The position numbers and the translations under genes are program-made. This document shows, piece after piece, positions 1-8,100 of a stretch of DNA of 64,000 nucleotides. The notes under the pieces are model-generated. The model did no database searches, was not told the origin of the DNA, and saw only the letters and a list, made by a program, of their open reading frames with translations. How positions within the stretch are numbered: position 1 is the first letter of the stretch; every line of letters starts with the position of its first letter. The stretch covers positions 64,001 to 128,000 of the forward strand of contig JBGAON010000004.1 in the NCBI GenBank assembly GCA_044221725.1. The letters run 5' to 3'. The DNA is from Elusimicrobiota bacterium. GTDB lineage: Bacteria > Elusimicrobiota > Elusimicrobia > F11.

Positions 1-637
1 CGCCGGCGTTAAGGAACGCGAGCTCCCGCAAACGGTTTGAAAGCGTATCGAATGAGAATTTGATCGTGGAAAAAATCGTTTCGTCGGGGAGGAACGTGAC
101 TTTTGTGCCACGTTTGTCGGTTTTGCCGATGACCTCAACCGGGCCCTGCGGTTTGCCAATTTTGTAATCCTGCGCGTAAATTTTTCCGTCGCGATACACT
201 TCCGCTTTAAACCACGTCGACAGCGCGTTCACGCAGGTGATTCCCACGCCGTGCAGACCGCCCGACACTTTGTACGCGGATTTTTCGAACTTTCCGCCCG
301 CGTGCAAGGTCGTCATAATAATTTCGAGCGCGGTTTTGCCTTTGAGCTTCGGATCCTTTTCGTCTTTTTTTACGTCGACCGGAATTCCGCGGCCGTCGTC
401 TTCAACGGACAAAGACCCGTCTCCGTGGATAATGACTTCCACGCTTTTCGCGTAACCCGCCAACACTTCGTCGATCGAGTTATCAACGGCTTCGTAAACC
501 AAATGGTGAAGGCCCGGCGCGCCGGTGGAGCCGATGTACATGGCGGGCCGTTTGCGAACCGCCTCCAAGCCCTCCAGTACGGTAATTTTAGATGCGTCGT
601 AACCGGACGCTGTTTCTTCAGTTGATGCTTTGGCCAC
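1..637 (-). CDS. gyrB: DNA gyrase subunit B, N-terminal part (runs off window start)
   Basis: Manual translation gives (M)[35 protein letters not shown]...[14 protein letters not shown]...GGLHGVG. GGAGG RBS at 646-650; start GTG 637 or TTG 640. Not in ORF track because truncated. Confidence 0.97.
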   Translation of the reverse strand, partial: MAKASTEETASGYDASKITVLEGLEAVRKRPAMYIGSTGAPGLHHLVYEAVDNSIDEVLAGYAKSVEVIIHGDGSLSVEDDGRGIPVDVKKDEKDPKLKGKTALEIIMTTLHAGGKFEKSAYKVSGGLHGVGITCVNALSTWFKAEVYRDGKIYAQDYKIGKPQGPVEVIGKTDKRGTKVTFLPDETIFSTIKFSFDTLSNRLRELAFLNAG

Positions 638-980
638 CAATTTTTCCTCCTGGGGTTGTCCCGTTGGCAAATTCGAACACGATATCGGTAATCACGCGCC
701 GTCCCATCGCTTGGTTCACGCGCGAAAGAATTCTGTCTTTTGAAAAAAGGAGTTCTTGCCGGTGCGCGGCCGAAGGAACCGCCACGACGAGCCGCGACCC
801 GGAGATCGCGACCGCTTCACACCCGCGCACAATGCCGCGCGTTTCTTTGTCCCATATCTCAAAAACCGCATAAAGCGCCGGATCAAACCGCAGCATTTTT
901 AAAATGCCTGCGACCGCGTCGTTCGCCGCGGCCTGCCGCTTCTCTCCGGTTTTTAAATGCGTTCGTATTTTTTCAAACAT
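618..980 (-). CDS. dciA: DciA/DUF721 family protein
   Basis: W...[21 protein letters not shown] pattern; usual position between recF and gyrB. Start could be 980 or 1034. Confidence 0.8.
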   Translation of the reverse strand: MFEKIRTHLKTGEKRQAAANDAVAGILKMLRFDPALYAVFEIWDKETRGIVRGCEAVAISGSRLVVAVPSAAHRQELLFSKDRILSRVNQAMGRRVITDIVFEFANGTTPGGKIGGQSIN

Positions 981-1017
981 AGTAAATTTTGTCGTCGATA
1001 AAATTGCCGCGCGTTCG

Positions 1018-2151
1018 TCAGAAACTCGTAGCAACCTTTTCGCGTTGCACGCCGGTCTCGTCCACGCGGTAAACAGCGGCCGGAAGCGCGCGGCCTTGCG
1101 GCCAGGATTCCAAGCCGGTCATCGTCACGAAGCATTGGCCGGTCCGCGACAACTCATCCAACAAATGCGCCGCGCGTTGCGCGTCGAGTTCGGACAACAC
1201 GTCGTCCAACAAACAAATCGGTTTCTGGCCCACCTTCTCGTGCACGTATGGAATTTCGGCCAATTTAAATGAGACAGCGCAGGTTCGCTTTTGTCCTTCC
1301 GAAGCAAAAAATCGCGCGGGCCGATCGTTCAACACAAACGCAAAGTCATCGCGATGCGGGCCGATGAGAGTAACACCCGACGCCATCTCCGCCGTTTCCA
1401 AATTCCGCATTTCGCCAGCCCAACGTTCGGCCGCTCCCAAATCCCAAGGCCCCGCAAACGACGGCCGATACTCGAGCCGAATGGTTTCTTTGCCACCACT
1501 GATCTGCTGTTGCACCGCATTCGCTCGTTCCGAGAAATTTTCCAAAAATTCGGAGCGCTTTTGGCAGAGCGCGATGCCATGCTCAATGACCGCCTGGTTC
1601 CACGGAATTATCTCGACCGCACCCGCTCTGCCCTCCGCCATTTGTCGCAGCACGGCGTTGCGTGCTTTGACCGCATCGGCGTACACGCGCAACTTTTGCC
1701 CATACACCGGATCCACCTGACACAAAATCATGTTAATGGCGCGCCGCCGCAAATCGGGCTCACCTTTAACCAACGACAAATCTTCTGGCACGAAACTCAC
1801 GAGCGGCACGCGGCCAATCAAATCTCGGAGTTTCACCGCAATCTTTCCGTTTTGACGAATCACGCGCGTGGAACCCAGTCGGTATTTCATCTCAAGCGTT
1901 ATCGGATCGAAACCCGACTGTTCGTAAACGAAATCGCCTTTAAGGGCGAACCCATCGTTTCCCCACATCACGAGGCTTTCGGTTTCGGCGCCGCGCGGTG
2001 ACACGCCGGTTGCGAGCACCGCCACCGCTTCAATTAAATTCGTTTTTCCTGCGCCGTTGGATCCGATTAACAAATTCACGCCAGGTTCAACGCTCAGTTC
2101 CATTTCGCGATAACTGCGAAATTGACGAAGCGTAATAGACCGCAAAAACAT
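1018..2151 (-). CDS. recF: DNA replication/repair protein RecF
   Basis: FRSY, Walker A GSNGAGKTN, GPHRDD, SEGQKR, LLDDVLSELD. Confidence 0.97.
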   Translation of the reverse strand: MFLRSITLRQFRSYREMELSVEPGVNLLIGSNGAGKTNLIEAVAVLATGVSPRGAETESLVMWGNDGFALKGDFVYEQSGFDPITLEMKYRLGSTRVIRQNGKIAVKLRDLIGRVPLVSFVPEDLSLVKGEPDLRRRAINMILCQVDPVYGQKLRVYADAVKARNAVLRQMAEGRAGAVEIIPWNQAVIEHGIALCQKRSEFLENFSERANAVQQQISGGKETIRLEYRPSFAGPWDLGAAERWAGEMRNLETAEMASGVTLIGPHRDDFAFVLNDRPARFFASEGQKRTCAVSFKLAEIPYVHEKVGQKPICLLDDVLSELDAQRAAHLLDELSRTGQCFVTMTGLESWPQGRALPAAVYRVDETGVQREKVATSF

Positions 2152-2171
2152 CGGAGGGGGGAAAAGAAAGT

Positions 2172-2252
2172 CGTCGCCCTGGAAAGCCTTTATCCAGGGC
2201 CTATTTTACTGCTGATAACTTGGATCCTGGAGAGCGACATTCCAGGATGACG
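2172..2252. repeat. CGTC-tagged REP-like palindrome dimer, copy 1
   Basis: cgtcgccctgga..tccagggcc-spacer-tggatcctgga..tccaggatgacg; similar to 3609-3647, 12154-12234 and 51507-51538. Confidence 0.85.
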
Positions 2253-2260
2253 GTTGTTCA

Positions 2261-3370
2261 TTAGATTTTCATTGGCATCATTACGTAACGGTACGACTCA
2301 TCGTCGGCCGGACGAATAACACCGGGGTTGAGCGGCGTGGTGAGTTCGATCACAACATCCGATTGATCCAACGCTTTCAGCACATCGATCAAATAAAGTG
2401 GGTTAAACGCAACTTCAAGTTCGTTGCCTTCGTAATTGGTTGGTAATTCGGATTCCACTTCGACGCGACCTTGAGCGGAGGCTTGAATCTTAATAAGGCC
2501 TTTCTCGAGCGTGAGACGAATGGAACCACCGCGCTCAAGCGTTCCAACCGCCACGCGCGTGACCGCCGATAACAAATTGGCTCGGTTCAAACGCAATTGG
2601 ACTTCGCGGGATTTCGGAATCACTTGTTCAAAATTTGGGAAATGCCCCTCAATGAGACGCGAAAGAACAACGGTCGACCCATCGGAGAAACTGGCCTGAT
2701 TGTCTGTAAATGAGACTTTAAGATTTTCGTGGTCCGCCGATTTTTCCGATACCATGCGCATCATTTCTTGAACCGCTTTGGTTGGAATGATGACTTTGAT
2801 CTGAAGTTCTTTCCCAGGAATAGGGCGCTGAATGTAAGCAAGTCGTCGTCCATCGGTGGCCACGGCCGTTGCTTTGCCCTGCTCCACAATAATATGAACA
2901 CCGTTCAGCACATACCGTGTTTCATCCGACGAGGCAGCGAACATGGTTTTTTTAAACATTTCGTGCAGCGTGGCGCGCGGAATGTTCACGGCTTTCGATT
3001 CCTCAAATTCTGGAAGCACCGGATAATCTTCTTTTGGAAGTCCGGTGATGTTCAAACGATCGCGACCCGAACGAACTTCCACTTTATTGTTTTCAACCAC
3101 TTCGATCTTTACTTCACGGTCATCTTCCAACGTGCGCAAAAAGTCCGCCAAAATCTTTGCTGGAATCGTTACGGCACCGTTTTCAATAACATCGGCCTTC
3201 ACCCAGCTTCGGATTCCAACTTCCAAATCCGTGGCCGATAAGCGAAGTCCTTTGTCCGATGCTTCAAAAAGAATATTTCCCAAAACCGGAAGTGTGCTTC
3301 GTACCGAGATCGCGCTTTGCACGGTTTGAATGCCTTGAAACAAATCCGCTTTGTTTAAGTGTAGTTTCAT
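2261..3370 (-). CDS. dnaN: DNA polymerase III beta clamp
   Basis: SATDLEVGI, ETRYVLNGV, VATDGRRLA, SRLIEGHFP, C-terminal VMMPMK. Start re-called at ATG 3370 (MKLHL); the longer ORF-track N-terminus is translated oriC DNA. Confidence 0.97.
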   Translation of the reverse strand: MKLHLNKADLFQGIQTVQSAISVRSTLPVLGNILFEASDKGLRLSATDLEVGIRSWVKADVIENGAVTIPAKILADFLRTLEDDREVKIEVVENNKVEVRSGRDRLNITGLPKEDYPVLPEFEESKAVNIPRATLHEMFKKTMFAASSDETRYVLNGVHIIVEQGKATAVATDGRRLAYIQRPIPGKELQIKVIIPTKAVQEMMRMVSEKSADHENLKVSFTDNQASFSDGSTVVLSRLIEGHFPNFEQVIPKSREVQLRLNRANLLSAVTRVAVGTLERGGSIRLTLEKGLIKIQASAQGRVEVESELPTNYEGNELEVAFNPLYLIDVLKALDQSDVVIELTTPLNPGVIRPADDESYRYVMMPMKI

Positions 3371-3608
3371 GTACTGACTTCTTTTATTTTGTGAAGAAGA
3401 AGACGTAGTAGTAGTTGATGTGTTCGCTGGCATAATAACTGGGTCCTCCCAGGTCAAATGTGCTGATATTTAGAAACTTTGGCTAAATTCTTTTATTCGA
3501 CGTCGTGTGGGTAACTTTCCCAAACCATTCGCGCTGTCCCCAAGCAAAAATCTTATCCACTATTTCGAACAACTTACTCCCAAATTACCCACAACTTATA
3601 AACAAGGT
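3371..3608. other. Probable replication origin oriC
   Basis: DnaA-box-like 9-mers at 3506-3514 (inverted), 3553, 3563, 3574, 3585, 3596; DnaA-trio-like run gaagaagaagacgtagtagtagttgatg 3393-3420 beside an AT-rich stretch; dnaA-dnaN intergenic position. Confidence 0.85.
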
Positions 3609-3647
3609 CGTCACCCCGGAAATTTTTAATCCAGGGCCCATTTGACG
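3609..3647. repeat. CGTC-tagged REP-like palindrome, shortened copy 2
   Basis: cgtcaccccggaaatttttaatccagggcccatttgacg; nearly identical to left arm of the 12154 copy. Confidence 0.8.
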
Positions 3648-3651
3648 AACT

Positions 3652-5049
3652 TTACTCTGGCGTGACGAGAAGTCCCTCTTCGCGAATATCTTGCGTGATT
3701 TTGTTCACGAGCGCGACAAAGTAAGGGTCACCACTCAATTTGTTTTTGATCTTTGAGGCCGCGTGCATGACCGTCGTGTGATCTTTGCCACCAAACCCAT
3801 TTCCAATTTCGACAGTGGAAAGTTCCGTCAGCGTGCGGCACAAATACATGGCCACTTGGCGCGGGAACGCGATGGCGTCCGTGCGGCGCTTCGATTTCAT
3901 GTCGCGAATATCCAAATTAAAATGGCGAGCCACCACGCGTTGCACCTGATCAATCGTCACCGGCGTTGCGTGTTCCGGTGCGCCGAGAATATCTTTCAGT
4001 ACGTGTCGCGCAGTATCGACGGTCAATGGCGATCCCGTGAGACTGGCGTACGCCATAATGCGAGTAATGGAGCCTTCGAGTTCACGAATGTTTGTTTTGA
4101 TGTGCGTCGCAACGAACAGAATCACGTCGTCGGGGGCTTGCAGCCCAGATTCAGCGGTTTTTTTGCGCAGAATCGCGATGCGCGTTTCCAAATCCGGCGG
4201 TTGAATATCGGCAATCACGCCCCATTCAAAACGAGAGATCATGCGATCACCAACCAATGTTTCTTTCGGCGGACGATCGGAACAAATCACGATTTGTTTG
4301 CGCGAATCGTAAAGGGAATTAAATGTGTGGAAAAATTCTTCTTGGGAGGAATCTTTGCCCATGAGGAATTGAATATCGTCAATGAGCAAACAATCAAGGT
4401 TGCGGTATTTCGCGCGGAACTCTTTCATTCCTTCGAAGCGAAGCGCGTTAATAAATTCGTTGATAAAGCGTTCGCTCGAGATGTAGGTCACGCGCGCGTT
4501 GGTCTGCGTCTGCGAGATTCGGCGCGCGATGGAGTGCAGCAAATGGGTTTTTCCAAGGCCCACGCCGCCGTAAATGAAAAGAGGATTGTAAGTGCGGCCT
4601 GGGTCGCGCGCGACCGCTTCAGCGGCGGCTTCGGCAAAACGGTTTGACGGGCCGACAACGAACGTGTCAAACGCGTATTTGGATTCAATTTTCAATTCGT
4701 CGGCGAACAAGGCGGTTTTTTCCTTCGAGGACGAGCTGAGCTTTATATCGGTGGATCTTTTGTATTCGTAGAGCGGAGGAACGATTGGTTCTTCCACCTG
4801 CATTTCAAATTCGAGCTTGATCGGCGAACCCGCCGCTTCGGACATCAGGCTTTCAATACGGGATTGATAATGCGCTTTAATCCAATCGGAAAAGAACCGG
4901 TTCGGTACGCGCAGCGCAAACGTATTGTCTTCGTAGCGAACAGCTTTTAGGGGTTTGAGCCACAAGTCAAACGTTTCGTCTTTGAGCTCGGGTTTTAATT
5001 GCGTTAAAACATGCTCCCACAGCTCTTCGCGCGTCTTGGTTATGATCAT
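3652..5049 (-). CDS. dnaA: Chromosomal replication initiator DnaA
   Basis: YNPLFIYGGVGLGKTHL, LLIDDIQF, QEEFFHTFN, GGKDHTTVMHA. Confidence 0.99.
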   Translation of the reverse strand: MIITKTREELWEHVLTQLKPELKDETFDLWLKPLKAVRYEDNTFALRVPNRFFSDWIKAHYQSRIESLMSEAAGSPIKLEFEMQVEEPIVPPLYEYKRSTDIKLSSSSKEKTALFADELKIESKYAFDTFVVGPSNRFAEAAAEAVARDPGRTYNPLFIYGGVGLGKTHLLHSIARRISQTQTNARVTYISSERFINEFINALRFEGMKEFRAKYRNLDCLLIDDIQFLMGKDSSQEEFFHTFNSLYDSRKQIVICSDRPPKETLVGDRMISRFEWGVIADIQPPDLETRIAILRKKTAESGLQAPDDVILFVATHIKTNIRELEGSITRIMAYASLTGSPLTVDTARHVLKDILGAPEHATPVTIDQVQRVVARHFNLDIRDMKSKRRTDAIAFPRQVAMYLCRTLTELSTVEIGNGFGGKDHTTVMHAASKIKNKLSGDPYFVALVNKITQDIREEGLLVTPE

Positions 5050-5099
5050 GTTAGTTGGGTATCCGTCGGAGGAAAAATTTTGTGCGTCAAGAAGCAGTG

Positions 5100-5128
5100 A
5101 GCATAGAAAAGCGGGCTCACAAGGTCAA
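5100..5128 (-). promoter_or_regulatory. Sigma70-type promoter of dnaA
   Basis: Minus strand TTGACC-17 nt-TATGCT. Confidence 0.65.
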
Positions 5129-5136
5129 TTTATTGT

Positions 5137-8100
5137 CTACGCGGCTGCGAGCATCGTGTGCACCGAGCGGAAATTCTCATTCCAACGCGGAAGGGGCGAT
5201 CCCGAATTTGGACCACGAGCGGGCATTTTTTGCTTTTTCGGCCGCGACCCCAGCAGCTGATTGATTCCCAGTCTCAGCATTCGACTGGACAATCGAAATT
5301 CGATGTCGAGGCCCACGAGGGCAAGCGCGGTCCCCAACAGGCGTAGTTCTGCTGGCATCGACTCGGTCATAAAAAGCAGCAAGCCCGCCAGGCCGAAAAG
5401 AGGAAAGAGTCGCTGGGCTGGCGGGCGACGCGTGCGTTGCTGTTGTCGCGCGCGCGAGATCGCTGTCCAGGCGCCCGGTGTGAGAACAATGACGCCGCCA
5501 TGGCCGAGTTGGCGACTGCCACTTTCGGGGTGTGCGGTCGATTTTTGGAACATGGAGCCTTGGCGGCCGAGCGTTGAATTGCTGATGGATGGCTCCTCGC
5601 TGGCGAGCCACGCAGGAATTTTTAAGCCGAACGCCGAAAACAGTCCGACGCGAATCCAGTGTTGAACGTCGCCGCTGGTGCCGCCGAGAATCGCGGACTT
5701 GAGCCCTGCTTCGCGTGCGATTTCGGTCATTTGGGCCAGCGACGGTTCCTTGGGACCCGTCTGTTTGCCCCACACCTGCAAAATTTTAATCTGACCCTGG
5801 GCGTCCAGCCCAAACACCGTCATCGCCAGTCGATTTTTTTCGTCCGCCCACCCAAGATCAAGTCCTTGTTCGGCGGGTTTCTTGCCAAAGCGCGGTTCGC
5901 GCGCTTCTCGATCCGAGCGAGATACATTCGGATTGGACGACAGCTGCAGCGTCGGCATTCCGTCATCGAGAATTGGAACGCCTGAAAAACCACTTTGGAT
6001 CGGATTGGCGTTCCGGCGTTCACCGTTTGCGGCGAACAGATAGAGTTTTCCGTCGTGCTCGCCGATCCAGTCGAGAGCGGAACCGTCGAGTGCCGTCAAC
6101 TTTGGCCGATCGTTTTGGTCCATCGGGTATCCGTGATCGTCGAGGAACAATGGATAGATACCGGTTTTGTCCGGATCAAAAACCATGACCCAGTGGATAC
6201 CGTACGGCTTGCGCGGCGTTTTTTGGTTGATGCCAAGCCCTTGCTCGCGCACCACAAGCGCACCGTCCCAAATCACGAGCCAATTCGGTTCCCAAGCATG
6301 GCCTTGGCTCAAGTTCAGGCCAAAGAAGGCGCGGGTGGTCGCATCCGCATCAATGGATACCGGTAAACTGCGCAATTCTTCCGGCGAATGCCGCGCGGAT
6401 TCCGCGGCGCTCCACCGCGCAAACGTTTCCACCCACCCGACGACGTCTTTTCCTTTTGGGATAGCCGGATCGCTGAACAGATCCAGCGCATTCGCGTGAC
6501 GAACCGCATCATCCCAGCCTTGCCACAGCTGAATCGAACCCGGTTTCGCCGTAAATAGAAGGCCGCGCACATCGAGGTCGGCTCCGACCGCGTGCACACT
6601 TTCAAAACTGATTTGATCGGCCAACGAAATCTTGTGATTGATCCAGACCGCGACGCGCGGCCAGCTTGCGAACACTTCATTGAAAAATCGCTGAACAATA
6701 AACCCCGCGGCCGCCCCGACTTCGATGCCGAAGCGGTCCGTCGGATTCGCGAGCATAGCGAGCACGACCGTGCTCGACGCGACGAGCGAGGCCGCCAGAG
6801 AAATGCTCCACGCGGTCAAAGATACTTGGCCCGCGCGTTTCGAAACCCAATTGTGTTCGGTCGTATCAAACACATGCACGCGCGCAAGACGCAGCACCGA
6901 TAACGCAACAATTGCCGCCCACAGCAGTCGATTGGTGGGCCCGAACGCGTCAACCAAAATGGCCAATGCAATATTCTCGACGAGCGGACCGGGCCAGCGC
7001 AGCGCAACGACGGGCGACACTTTGTAGAAACCCGTCCACAAAAATGAAAGGAAAATCGGCGGCGGCATCTGCTCGTACAACGATTGCAGCGATTGGCGCT
7101 GCGGATCGGGCGCCAATGAAATGTAGGGCAGTTCGACGCCGTACAATCCGTGACGATAAAAATATTTTTGGAGCGCGAGTGTCACGAGAAGCGGGCGGCG
7201 GGTTGCCGAAGCATCGTCGGTAAACGTAGCACGGTCGGTAACGACGAGCTCGCGCGGCCGCTCAACGGACGAGGTCCGCCCCTGGCCCGGCACGAAACGC
7301 ACAATATTCCGAGAGACACCATAATCCCCGAGCAATTGATCAATCTGCGCGAGATGATGCTTATCGTTCGCGTTTGATGAATCGATCACGAACACATGAT
7401 TAACCGACGTGAGCGTCGGAACCGGTTCCGAAAGCGTTTGTATGAGAGGATGCACGGCGCGAGCGATTTCCCGCGTCATCCAGACTCGCTTGTCGAACGG
7501 CACGTTGGACGTTTCCTGCGGATCCGGAGCAAAAAACAGTTGATACCGGGTTCGCACACCGACGCGCTGTTCGGTTACCTTTTCCAATGTATCCAGCAGC
7601 AGGCCGACGTGGTGGAAGCCCGGCGGGTCGAAGCGTTCTGGTAAGACAACGGCGACCGTTGGGATGTCTGCGGGTCCATCGCTCAACACGACATCGCCAA
7701 ACTGAACGCGCGCCCACAAGGCTTTGTACGAGTGGTTAAATTTGAAAATGATGTGTTGAAGTTCGCGCACATCGCTCACGTTTTCCGCTCGAAACCGCAA
7801 CAATTTCCGCAGCTCGCGATAGAAACGCTGATAGATTTCCGAAAGCAGGTCCAGCGATTTCTGGTCCGGCCGGACAATGTGGCGGTCGTCGGCGCGGCGT
7901 CCATCCCAGAAAAACTCGGAACCGTCGCGCTTCAGATAGCGAATAATTGGCGTATCCGATTGGCCAACCACCGGATCAATCACGTCGTAAACAGGCGAGT
8001 ACTGCGCAGCGTCGTTCGAGGTTGATGAGACATCATCCCCGATATTGAAATCAATGGTGTTGTCTCGACCACCAATGTGAATGAATGTGAGCCCGTTCCC

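Noticed and set aside
3371..3457. ORF-track N-terminal extension of dnaN with TTTTSSSS
   Set aside because: It is the translated DnaA-trio repeat; the beta-clamp sequence starts at MKLHL (3370)
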